DNA from: an uncultured virus (IMG/VR IMGVR_UViG_3300010391_001807)
Taxonomy: Duplodnaviria > Heunggongvirae > Uroviricota > Caudoviricetes
DNA length: 64,000 nucleotides
Direction: 5' to 3' (one strand)
Virus record (IMG/VR): IMGVR_UViG_3300010391_001807
Shown one piece after another: positions 50,901 through 60,341 of this stretch. The notes beneath the pieces were generated by a model. That model was not told the DNA's origin. It searched no databases and was given only the letters and a program-made list of their open reading frames with translations. A program made the translations under genes and the position numbers. Position 1 is the first letter of the stretch. Every line of letters starts with the position of its first letter.

Positions 50901-53900
50901 TTCTTCGTCATGGCAACAACAGGGCTGTTAACCATGAATGCCTTACGGTTGAATGGAGTATTCGTCAGTAAATTATCTGAAACCTCACTACTACTAATTA
51001 TCAAATTATTCCATACCATGGCATCAGCAATGGCCGAACAAGTAGAATCATATCTCGCATCTAATGACCAAACAGGAAGATCTCCAGATTCTCGCACATA
51101 AGTTCTTGGGATTAATGTAGTCGGATCATCTTGAATGGTAAAGGTTGATGGGTTTCTAGGCTCGACACCAGCAATTAACCTCGGTACCGCCGTGCCGGTG
51201 CTATTAATAGGAATCTCAGTAATTGGTAATAAATATCTTACTTCCTTACCAAATGGCAACACTTGATCCCTTAAGAAATCTCTTTCTACTACCAACAATG
51301 GCGTTAATATGCCACTGACAGAATAATATAGATTCTTCCATCTCATGTTACATTGTTTAGCCAGTACATCTGTTTTACCAAATAGTATGGCCTTCCCTTG
51401 AGTAGTGGTAGCCAAGAAGGCAGCCTCATCAATGGCTGCATCATTGGAATTATCAACATACACCTGAATGGCAGCCCCCACGACATTAATTCTGTAGCGT
51501 CTCATACCAGTGGCCACAGGCAAAATATATGTTGTAGTTGAAGTTCCGCTGATTATCTCAATGCTATTATTAGCATAAATTCTAAATTCTAATTCATAAG
51601 TACCATCATAGATCTGTAATCCTTGATACGAATTATTGGCATCTGAGAATGATTCTATTTCGGCTTGGAAATCAATCATCCAACCAGTAGCATTACTAAC
51701 AGCCTGCCAAGATGAATCTGTATCACGGTTGATCCACAAACAATACTCGTTGGCATTACCATTTACCAACATGTGCCAATCACTAATATTACCACTATCA
51801 TCATAAATTTCTACGAATGATAAATTACTGGTGTTATGATGGTCAACATTTCCCTGATTATAAAATTCCCAAGGTTTAGGGTTGTTGTCAAAAGCCTTAT
51901 TAAAACTATATAACTCAGTCCATTCACTATCTCTTGGTTGAGACTGGTTCAAATATAGATATGAGAAAATGGAAGAATTATAATCAACTCCAGCAAATAC
52001 TTTATCATCAAAATCTTGTAGACACAAAACATTCAATCGGAAGGTAATGTCGCTGGCAAATTCTTCAGAATATAATTGAGTGCTACTAATGGTTTCTACC
52101 GCAATCCCAACATTATTAATTGTTCTATTATATTTATAAACCTTACCATATGGACCAGTGGCAATGAATAGAAGGTCATTATAAAATTCGAAATCATATA
52201 CATCAGTATCAGAGGTCATTTGGTTAGTGATGGTAGTTAATCTGGTCCAGGTTAAGGCAGTGTCGGCAACATTCCCGCCATAACGGAAAACTTGGGCCGA
52301 TTTAAACGTACCAACATACAGATAATCACGGTCCTCATCATTGAACTGGCTAACGAACATGCAGGAGACCGGAATATAATTGCCCAAAGTATCGGTAACT
52401 CGATAAATGGAAGACGAAGTTTTTATACCATTGTAAATGTAAATGCGGCCACTATCCATACCAAGGTAAAGATTGCTATTATAAACAGCCATCGTTGAAA
52501 TTGCTCTTTCATTTTCGTTGTCAAACCTTTGGACCTCAATGTGTTGTCCATTCTCATAACGATATAAAACAGCGACTTCTTCCACGATGTCCATTGTTAC
52601 TGTATCATAATGTGATAAAGGAATATGGAAGGTCAATGTGGCCAAGACATAATCTAAATCATATGTTGTGGTAGCAACCACAATGCCATTGACCTTAACA
52701 GTAATTGTCTCATTCGTTTTAAAGGTCTGCTGGGTACTTCCAGACCATACTTCATAAACAGTGTAGTCAGAAAAACCAGAGACACTAATGGTGGTACAGG
52801 TCAAATTCATTCTAGAAGTATGTTTGGTTGTCCCAATATATAGATACTCAATGAATTGAGGCTGATATTTAGCAACTGCAGTTGGTAATTCAGAAACATT
52901 AACCTGACCAGAAAAATCAACCGTCTTAATGTGTTCGATGAAGTCTTGGGTAGCATTGTCTCCATAATCTCTGGCCTGGACCATAATCGCATAGACACCA
53001 TCATTGCCAATTAAACTGGTAATGAAATTAGGGACATATGGTTGATATACTCCATAAATAAGTTTTCCAGTAATGGAATCTGTTGCATAATCAAGATTAA
53101 TTCTAACATCTTTACATCCAGTAATTCTATCCAATACATATATACTAGTATTATTGTCAACAGTATTAGTGACCAGAGCTTCACCAGGGTCTGGGTCAAT
53201 GGTAGCATCCCCTTCGATGCGAATTCTGCTGAGATATGGCGGCTCAGTATCTTCAAAGAATGAATATTTAAAGGTTACATATAATTCATTGGTGTCAATT
53301 ATGTTGCCGACCTTATCTCTGACTTGAGCATAGAATTTCTTGGTATCCAAGAAAGTGCCATTATATAACATGGTCATGTCTATATAGTTATCAGCATTAG
53401 GGTCATTCCATTGATAGAAATCAGTAGTCAACAATTCATCAAAATTACCCCAGTAAACGATTCTAAAGTCTTGCACACCAGAACCAATGACATCGGTATC
53501 TTGGGCTCCAATGGTCAATTGCAATAAAGCACCATAATTAGTTACATAAGTATCCCCAGGAGTACCACCTGTCAAATATAAAATTGGAGGAGAAGTAGTC
53601 ACTGCTGGTTTATGAGGTGGCAGTAAATCAACCGTCATATTAGTAGAGCGATTAGTAAAGGCTGAAACTAAACCAGCATTATTAGTTGCTGCTACTTTGT
53701 AATCTTGTACTTGAGCATGCAATTCATTGAAAATATTAACATATATGTCTGAACAAACTCTGAAAGCTGAAACTCCATTCAAATCAATCCAACTTGCCCC
53801 ATCCCATTTCTTGGCTGTCGCCAATGGCATAAGACGAACATCTCCACTACCATAAGCAGATGTCAAATAATCAAAAATGACATAATACATAGTTCCAGTA

Positions 53901-56900
53901 GATAATTGTTGAGAAGGATTAAAAATAAAGAAGGCTTCTTCCATTCCTGGCCAAGTGCGGCACCATGCTGAGGTTATTATATTAGTATCAGTAAGACTCA
54001 CATGGCCATTTACGGGCGTAATAATTGGAAGTTTGTTAGCATTAGCAGCACAAATATGAGCCACGATATATGTAGATGAGGTAGACTTAATCTTCAAACT
54101 TACAGCCTGTATCTTTGGATGTGTAAGAATGAAGGCTTGGGCTAACATGGAGTTACTACCAATTAAATTGGTATCATATTCCTCATCTTGGAAAACATCA
54201 ACATTCCGAGCATAGAATAGCGTGTTGGCGGGTAAAACGCCACCAGTCTTGGACCATAATGCTAAATCGTTAGTTGAAGTATCATTTGGTTGAGATCTAT
54301 AATTAATATAGTTAATGGCGAACTTACTGATGGTGGCTGAAGTCTGATATTGGTCTCCTGGAGATTTTCTCCTGGCCCCGACAAACAATCTAGCTCCATC
54401 CGTGGTATTAAAGTTCAAAGGAACATCGGTTTCCGTAGCATATAAGATGTCATTAACATAAATGCCAACATCAAAATATTGAGGCGGAACGACTGTTGAC
54501 ATACTAACCATTTGGTAGGCCGGTTCTTCGACTTCAGACATCCCGACTGCCATTGTACGAATGGACTGAACACCCACGGATTGATAAGTAACAATCCAAT
54601 ATGGTCTCCATTGAGCAGTAGCATGAGTAGGCCCAGCAAAGGTATTATAGATATATTGTTTAGGATAGTCTCCGGCTGTAAATGGAATATAATTACCAAT
54701 TCCATCAGTCATCATATATATATAATAATTTATAAATGCTGGTCTTATATTACCAAATTGTGGTTCTGTTGGGATAATAGAAGACAGAGAAGACCATGAT
54801 AAATCAAGGAATATTCCATAATTTGATAATCCACTATTATTCCATAATATCATATTGTTTTGCATATTATTATTAATGGTTAATAATGTGCCAGGATTAA
54901 AATATGATCCGATACCTAGCGATATGGAATTACTAGTTTGAGCAGTGCTTTGATAAGTAACTGGGTAATGCGATAGTGAAGAATCCCATGCTTCAGTAAT
55001 GAATCCATACCGAGTAGAGATGACAGTCGATCCACTATGGCCTTCTCGCTGAAATACATTCCTTGGAGCAGGTGGGACATTATCAGTAGTAAAATATAAT
55101 GCTCCACTAATGATATTACTGCTGTTTCCTGGTAACCAAGGGCCGGGAATAAATATTGGATAAGTTCTTAATTCATTTGTAGCGGTATGATAAAATGTAG
55201 ACGAGCCATCGGGTTGAATAACAGTATTAGTTAAAACATCACTAATTGATGCCTCTTCACCAGCCGCAAATGGGAAACTATTAGTTACCGGGATCAAACT
55301 AAATGTTGTAGACTGTACAACGGAATTTTGAGAAATTTTATAGCCGATAGTATAAGAGTTCTCATTATAATCCATTGTTGCTCTAACTTTTTGAACACCA
55401 TAATACAAACTAGTCAAGCTCTGATGGCTCCCACTGGTATAACCGCCAACCGCAACCGTCCACGAAGATTCTTTTTCCTCTCCAGTAGTAGTATAACGGA
55501 CTCTGATTGTATATACAGTCGTAGAAGTCGGAGAAACTGTGGTACTACCACTTGGAGCAGTAGCCCCGAAATTACTGGAAACCAATGTCACGCTCCCAGA
55601 TGGAGCAGAAGTCCAAGCCAAAGTAGCACTACCGCCAGATGTAACACTCGACACATTGCCAGTTAATTGAACGGTAAAGACTGCAACCGATCCTACGGTA
55701 ATCGTTACTTGGCGAGATGTTGAACCAGAAGAATTACTTGCAGTCAAGGTATAGGTTGTAGTAGCCAATGGGGAAGCACTAATACTACTAATGGGTTGCA
55801 CGGCCTGATTAGTGAACGCTCCTCCGTTCAAACGGACTGTCAAAGCACCACTTCCTGGGTTAGAAACATCCCATGATAACGAGGTGGTTTGACCAGAGGT
55901 GGTACTATTCGGATTCGCAATGAATGAATTGATTATTGGATAACCAGCAGTGGTGCCAACATTCACTCTGACAGTCGCAGTTGCATGATCATCAGAGGCA
56001 TTTGCTACTACAATGGTGTAATCGGTGCTTTGAGTTGGAGTAACAACCAATGAACCATTCACAGTTGTAGTTACGATGTTAGTATAATAGACAGAAGTAG
56101 CATTAGTAGAAGTCCAAGTTAAGGTTACTGATTCTCCTAAATTAATATTAGTGCTACTGGATGTCAAAACAACTTGCGGCAATAACGTCCCAGCAGTATT
56201 CTTGGGATAAATGACAATTGACATCTTTCCAGAGGCAGGTAACACTCTATCGCCAATTTCTACGGCAGCATCAATGACACCAATAGTGCTGGTTAATCTA
56301 CCTTTGGTCACATGGATCTTACCATCTGATAAGAATGAGAACATTCCATATCGAGGGGTATCAGCAGCAACATATTGGCCATTAGCAGTACCGAGGTCAA
56401 CGGTAGCTCCAGTATTATCTAAAGCGTAAACAGTTCCTTTCGTATTTTCAGATAAATCATCTTCTATGAATGAGTAGACGGCATAATCCTGGTCCTGCAC
56501 AATTGTATAAGGAGAAGTAGATGCAGCAGCATTTGTTGGCAACCAGTTTGAAATTCCAAATATAAGTTCGCTGGCTCCTATTGCTTCGGGATAAACAGCA
56601 GTATAATTAAAATCAAATCTATAAGCCCTTCCAGACTCAACCCCTGCTAAATTATAATCAAGAATTAAATAAGGACCAATCCATCTTTCTATCTGTGATA
56701 GTTCAGGCACTGTAGCAATATCATCGATATTTACATACATGGCAAAACGAGACATGTCTGGAACACCCAATGGGCCAATAGATGTTGCGGAGTCCACTGA
56801 AGAAGTGGCTGGATGACCATTAACATTATATGTTGCAGCAATGCGATGGGCATAACTATATTTAGCAGCTACATTCGCATCAATTGGAGAGGTAACACCG

Positions 56901-59900
56901 CCAACAAACCAACTGCCGGTGGGAATAACTCCTCCGGCCAAACTAATTTGTCCGATACTTGGGCTAGTAAACCACTGATCAATAACCGCTTGCATACTCT
57001 CGCCATATAAAACTGATCCGACCGGAGTATCAGGATTTGAAGGGTTTACTTCTTGCACTTTAAAATTACCTACATCAAGACGCAATGTGGCTTCTGGTTT
57101 CCTTACATTATGGAAACCCAAACTAACCCAGAAGCCTTGATCGGATTCGGGAATGAATAACGGCTGCGTATCTGACGAATACAAAACTGTTGAGCCGTGC
57201 CAAACCACCACACCAGTGATACTGGCTGTACTATAGTTATTGATTCTTATTTTAATTTCATCAGTCTGCCATGAATAGGCATCAAAAGAACCAAAGGTAT
57301 GAATTAAATCACCGACCACATCTCCATCTGATCTAGGTCTATAAAGATAAATGTCACCATTATATCTAAATCCAAAGATTAACATATCAGATGGAGTCCC
57401 AGGTTGATTATTATCTTTGACATCCCAAATATCAGATTCATATTGTGCTGGTAAAATGGCAACATAGAACTCGGTATCTAAGGTTTCGGCCTTCAAATCG
57501 ACACGAGTAATGACCTCACAGCTTTTTCCACCAGTTGGTTTATAATAATGTATCTCGGCAGATTTATCAACAGAATCAGCAGTAGAGCTAGGAGCCCCAA
57601 AAACCAACTCTTGGTCAACATTAATGGAAATATCAATGTCGCTTTGAAGGCCATAATAACGGGTCCATGTTCTATTCCAGTCTGTTGCGGTCCAAACGGT
57701 CTGCTCTGCGACCTTTTCTTTCTCTTCTTCGTCTTGATTTAGGGTTTGTTTTTCATAACCCACATCATCACTCAAATCAATTGAAGTGATGACAGAGTTG
57801 TCAGAGAAGCGTAAATCATCATAAGTGACTGTTGTTTGGTCTCCAACAGCAATATTGGCTAATCTTACGCCTGTTAGAGCGTGTCTATTCAGGCCCTTCA
57901 ATACAGGCAATACATAGTGCTCATTAATAAGCTGTGAAATACTATCGGCTCCAACCTGATTCCAGTTGAGAATTAACTCGGCCCAATTGCCATTAATGTC
58001 ATCTGGGAAAGTAGAATAGACCGAATTCACTCCCACCATAAATCTGATGACAGCGGGGTCTGTGGTATGCGTAGTGGTTTTATATTCTGATACCCATTCT
58101 AAAGGTGATAAACTCGCACTCAAGTTCCGGGCCATGATTGATGATTCTGGCAATGTCCCATCTATAGCCTTATCTATTTTATTCCAAGAAACATTAGGTC
58201 TGAAAGTGCTAAATTCCCAGGTCCCTTCGGCAGCATAGGTAGTATTATCCTGAATACCAACCACTGCTAAACCTATCCAAAGATCAGGAACATTAGCGGG
58301 GTTAAAATTAGAACTATTAACGGAAGCATTAGTAAAGCCTTTGCGGGCGAAACTGATGACATTCCGTCCTGGTTGCACCATAATTGTTTCATTCCAGCGA
58401 CGATATTTAGAAACATCAAACTGCGGATAAGTATCTAACTCATTCCATAAACAACTGTTCCATAAGGTGGTATAGTTAATTTCTTGAATCCCAGTAAAAT
58501 TATTCTTTCTATTTAACTCAGTAGTATCATCAACAGCCCAAGGTAAGCCACTTACAGCACTGGTTGGATCTAAACTACCATCTGCAGTCGCAATAAGAGT
58601 AAACCACATTGGCCGCTCTCTGGTTTCAAAACTTTCAATCATGACTTGTATTTTATTAAAACTAACAAAATCATTGGCTCTAATTTTCTGCCATAATATG
58701 GTAAATGATTCTGGTTGCCAAATTCTATCAATATTATCTATTAATAAAATATCATTAAAACCATAACCATCCCGAGTAACAATGTCCAGGTCGGCACGAT
58801 TTTCACGATAAATCATTTCCACTTCTTGATTTATATCATTTGGTGTAATGGATTCGGCAAATGGTAAACCAGAATAAGCTGTGGTGGTATAACCAGTTAA
58901 TAATTCATTACCATCCCAGGTGGGACGAATATAACGATAAGTACCATCTTCATCAATTTCAACTAAAATGAAGTCTGATCCAGCCCCACTCCAGTTATTA
59001 ACATTAGTCACAACTGTTGACAGATCAACATATAGCGGGTCTGTTCTAAATGTTGGCACTACGCTAATGACTCCGCTCAATGTTTTCAAGTCATAATATG
59101 GAGCAGACCCGTCAATGGCATCCACAACAATCTGGCCACTCAACGATTTAAGACCTAATCCACTTTCTGTGACAGTAATCCGACCACCTAAACTTCCTGC
59201 GCTGTTTCCATCAATATATAAGGCGTCAAAGTTCTGCAAAGCATAATAAATAGTCCCATCAGCACCAGTAGAGACCATGGGCTTTAACTTGGCTTCGAAA
59301 GTATAGTTTTTACCTTGGTCAACATCGGTAGGAATGTTATTTTCATATTGCAATTCATGGCCGTGTACAGTGGCCCCGGTTTTACTAAAAACAGCTTCCA
59401 ATTTAGATTGTCCTGGTAAAACAGTAAAACTATACTCACCAGGAGTATAAATAGATTTTCTAACTCTCATCACAGGTAAATCGTTTGCCAAACGAGAAGC
59501 AATGGTTGCTGCATCACTGATTTCGAAATCATCAAGATTATTGCACTCTTCTAATATTTCTACATCATTAGTGAATTCAGCGTCAACCAAATATCCTCTC
59601 AGGCCACTAATGTTGTCTTCTGATTCCATCCATGAAACAACAGTGGTCTTACCAACATAATTATTGGTTGTTTTATTTTCAATGTCTATGTTTTGTGGGA
59701 TGACAGGCGGTAGTTTAACTACGATTATATTATCAAAATAACCTTTAATGATATCAGTAGGGTCTGGAAAATAATGAGGGGTCATGCCTCCTGTAATAAA
59801 TCTAACATAGACTGTTTTTGCAGCTTCTCCGGTGTCCAAAACCCAGTTGGTGATTCTCATCAAATGTTGAGTATAATCGACATCCCCGGCAGTTATGTTG

Positions 59901-60217
59901 GTAATGGTTGGGGTCCCAGTATAACCAGTTAAAGGCAACAAATCATATTGTTTGTCTTCCTGATAGCCTAAAGTTAATGTTCTACTACTAGTGAAGTCAG
60001 GATCATTGGAAATCTGAATATAGGCTATAGGGTCGGTAATTGATGGAATTTCGGTTGATTCTCCAAAATTATCATAAGATTCCGCCTTGATTCTAATTGT
60101 AGCCACGGGAATTGCAATATCTGTGACCAGATATTTGTTATTATAATCCAAAAAACCAGCGGCTGCAGACGTAGATAAAACATTCATTGGGTATAGGATT
60201 CTGATGCCAAGTGCCAT
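47921..60217 (-). CDS. Giant (4098 aa) putative tail/adhesin protein with propeller, lectin-like and Ig/PKD-like modules
   Basis: LY.GT...G.(V/I)Y.Y.G propeller blades; three 'G.S.TL.W......S.TV.P..TT.YT' Ig-like repeats; 'DT.PP...VY.Q..D..GN' modules. Confidence 0.75.
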   Translation of the reverse strand: MALGIRILYPMNVLSTSAAAGFLDYNNKYLVTDIAIPVATIRIKAESYDNFGESTEIPSITDPIAYIQISNDPDFTSSRTLTLGYQEDKQYDLLPLTGYTGTPTITNITAGDVDYTQHLMRITNWVLDTGEAAKTVYVRFITGGMTPHYFPDPTDIIKGYFDNIIVVKLPPVIPQNIDIENKTTNNYVGKTTVVSWMESEDNISGLRGYLVDAEFTNDVEILEECNNLDDFEISDAATIASRLANDLPVMRVRKSIYTPGEYSFTVLPGQSKLEAVFSKTGATVHGHELQYENNIPTDVDQGKNYTFEAKLKPMVSTGADGTIYYALQNFDALYIDGNSAGSLGGRITVTESGLGLKSLSGQIVVDAIDGSAPYYDLKTLSGVISVVPTFRTDPLYVDLSTVVTNVNNWSGAGSDFILVEIDEDGTYRYIRPTWDGNELLTGYTTTAYSGLPFAESITPNDINQEVEMIYRENRADLDIVTRDGYGFNDILLIDNIDRIWQPESFTILWQKIRANDFVSFNKIQVMIESFETRERPMWFTLIATADGSLDPTSAVSGLPWAVDDTTELNRKNNFTGIQEINYTTLWNSCLWNELDTYPQFDVSKYRRWNETIMVQPGRNVISFARKGFTNASVNSSNFNPANVPDLWIGLAVVGIQDNTTYAAEGTWEFSTFRPNVSWNKIDKAIDGTLPESSIMARNLSASLSPLEWVSEYKTTTHTTDPAVIRFMVGVNSVYSTFPDDINGNWAELILNWNQVGADSISQLINEHYVLPVLKGLNRHALTGVRLANIAVGDQTTVTYDDLRFSDNSVITSIDLSDDVGYEKQTLNQDEEEKEKVAEQTVWTATDWNRTWTRYYGLQSDIDISINVDQELVFGAPSSTADSVDKSAEIHYYKPTGGKSCEVITRVDLKAETLDTEFYVAILPAQYESDIWDVKDNNQPGTPSDMLIFGFRYNGDIYLYRPRSDGDVVGDLIHTFGSFDAYSWQTDEIKIRINNYSTASITGVVVWHGSTVLYSSDTQPLFIPESDQGFWVSLGFHNVRKPEATLRLDVGNFKVQEVNPSNPDTPVGSVLYGESMQAVIDQWFTSPSIGQISLAGGVIPTGSWFVGGVTSPIDANVAAKYSYAHRIAATYNVNGHPATSSVDSATSIGPLGVPDMSRFAMYVNIDDIATVPELSQIERWIGPYLILDYNLAGVESGRAYRFDFNYTAVYPEAIGASELIFGISNWLPTNAAASTSPYTIVQDQDYAVYSFIEDDLSENTKGTVYALDNTGATVDLGTANGQYVAADTPRYGMFSFLSDGKIHVTKGRLTSTIGVIDAAVEIGDRVLPASGKMSIVIYPKNTAGTLLPQVVLTSSSTNINLGESVTLTWTSTNATSVYYTNIVTTTVNGSLVVTPTQSTDYTIVVANASDDHATATVRVNVGTTAGYPIINSFIANPNSTTSGQTTSLSWDVSNPGSGALTVRLNGGAFTNQAVQPISSISASPLATTTYTLTASNSSGSTSRQVTITVGSVAVFTVQLTGNVSSVTSGGSATLAWTSAPSGSVTLVSSNFGATAPSGSTTVSPTSTTVYTIRVRYTTTGEEKESSWTVAVGGYTSGSHQSLTSLYYGVQKVRATMDYNENSYTIGYKISQNSVVQSTTFSLIPVTNSFPFAAGEEASISDVLTNTVIQPDGSSTFYHTATNELRTYPIFIPGPWLPGNSSNIISGALYFTTDNVPPAPRNVFQREGHSGSTVISTRYGFITEAWDSSLSHYPVTYQSTAQTSNSISLGIGSYFNPGTLLTINNNMQNNMILWNNSGLSNYGIFLDLSWSSLSSIIPTEPQFGNIRPAFINYYIYMMTDGIGNYIPFTAGDYPKQYIYNTFAGPTHATAQWRPYWIVTYQSVGVQSIRTMAVGMSEVEEPAYQMVSMSTVVPPQYFDVGIYVNDILYATETDVPLNFNTTDGARLFVGARRKSPGDQYQTSATISKFAINYINYRSQPNDTSTNDLALWSKTGGVLPANTLFYARNVDVFQDEEYDTNLIGSNSMLAQAFILTHPKIQAVSLKIKSTSSTYIVAHICAANANKLPIITPVNGHVSLTDTNIITSAWCRTWPGMEEAFFIFNPSQQLSTGTMYYVIFDYLTSAYGSGDVRLMPLATAKKWDGASWIDLNGVSAFRVCSDIYVNIFNELHAQVQDYKVAATNNAGLVSAFTNRSTNMTVDLLPPHKPAVTTSPPILYLTGGTPGDTYVTNYGALLQLTIGAQDTDVIGSGVQDFRIVYWGNFDELLTTDFYQWNDPNADNYIDMTMLYNGTFLDTKKFYAQVRDKVGNIIDTNELYVTFKYSFFEDTEPPYLSRIRIEGDATIDPDPGEALVTNTVDNNTSIYVLDRITGCKDVRINLDYATDSITGKLIYGVYQPYVPNFITSLIGNDGVYAIMVQARDYGDNATQDFIEHIKTVDFSGQVNVSELPTAVAKYQPQFIEYLYIGTTKHTSRMNLTCTTISVSGFSDYTVYEVWSGSTQQTFKTNETITVKVNGIVVATTTYDLDYVLATLTFHIPLSHYDTVTMDIVEEVAVLYRYENGQHIEVQRFDNENERAISTMAVYNSNLYLGMDSGRIYIYNGIKTSSSIYRVTDTLGNYIPVSCMFVSQFNDEDRDYLYVGTFKSAQVFRYGGNVADTALTWTRLTTITNQMTSDTDVYDFEFYNDLLFIATGPYGKVYKYNRTINNVGIAVETISSTQLYSEEFASDITFRLNVLCLQDFDDKVFAGVDYNSSIFSYLYLNQSQPRDSEWTELYSFNKAFDNNPKPWEFYNQGNVDHHNTSNLSFVEIYDDSGNISDWHMLVNGNANEYCLWINRDTDSSWQAVSNATGWMIDFQAEIESFSDANNSYQGLQIYDGTYELEFRIYANNSIEIISGTSTTTYILPVATGMRRYRINVVGAAIQVYVDNSNDAAIDEAAFLATTTQGKAILFGKTDVLAKQCNMRWKNLYYSVSGILTPLLVVERDFLRDQVLPFGKEVRYLLPITEIPINSTGTAVPRLIAGVEPRNPSTFTIQDDPTTLIPRTYVRESGDLPVWSLDARYDSTCSAIADAMVWNNLIISSSEVSDNLLTNTPFNRKAFMVNSPVVAMTKNGDIFYRRRTQSYDTILKDTAAPLGSIVINEDTAAGAVQVYAMESYDSTNKQIKQGYTARYSAVDIEVDSAYAVIDGDDTTYDVIGTPEIRYVKQAFTDDPNNPVSISKFRWGCKSNKQKTYNLEYLSTTNVWIVVAEMISDSTGDQAFFEYTLTNAISAMAVRIIYTGDYETVSDASHLTLAAHDMGIGVTHYRVSGYQDFRDSNTQAGADINGWIPMTDGVITIDWNLISANNDWQVTATFAEPLVAAIEYNNILVVSCRDKNVYISSNGTNFVVASTTFTHVVNCFAIWRDTLYLGTDGGVVYESDNGLDWNLTTTLTGVNRVTSLAAYDDTLYIGTGNSGKLYTYNGASATLVKQFSSAVVSSLFAYGALLHIGVSPTGEIFKFNGTSYDQAADVIIDQVNQFAYYLDKNQVYAACGHGKIYTYVNTNNVFSWELLFDSSVPSISGLASANNDGPEILSISDAGAGFMSSGTWRYKITSIGNSGIESAAGAEYVFESTTVNGKLDLEWQTIDNAVGYRIYRSPLVNDGEDAEKLMEVDAAHNNIVAAITFTDDGTYSVLSGKVIGKDSEGKDIKEADIAPPASQTKQLWFSGSSAKAFVYDGISMSEIALPSQMNGANGIIQYKGQMYLFGQTRPYTLAELGMIYNDLTVPTVAGKMIKYIGISVGSGYKNVYCQFKDGIDNVTAILSDKIFYNNLIAKHVIEVNTTSGAIVDSYESVSSPPVQLYSAFKSIEQTGVYESEPYFAANLSRWDVIDLIAQLPYNTIVDLYVRTATSRDALATTAWNGPFELLNPNIDYDYYYRYGYYYEPYFNNYYYEDYSYYVEDQGDIMSLNSDISYLTGQWIQFKLVLRTENRSFTPKVFSIVIKYISNNAAMFYTTVFDLRAIASQERVEAGTYKLNRGILTWEGVIPPGGDIQFGISTKNLTSYSWGDYQIVTPNHVFTVDDPQETFRVAALLISTDQEVAIIDEWAILIESENKDVKINLNQYI

Positions 60218-60257
60218 AAAGGGAACTCCATTAATCGTTATACTAATTATACAAAAT

Positions 60258-60295
60258 AAAAGAGAGATGAAATTTTAATTCATCTCATCTCTTTT
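60258..60295 (-). terminator. Imperfect hairpin between the RCC1 gene and the 4098-aa gene
   Basis: AAAAGAGA..GAGATGAA/TTCATCTC..TCTCTTTT with a T-rich tail on the minus strand. Confidence 0.45.
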
Positions 60296-60341
60296 CTATA
60301 AATATAGCTTATTTACCTGCAAAAAGGTAGTAATAGTTATA

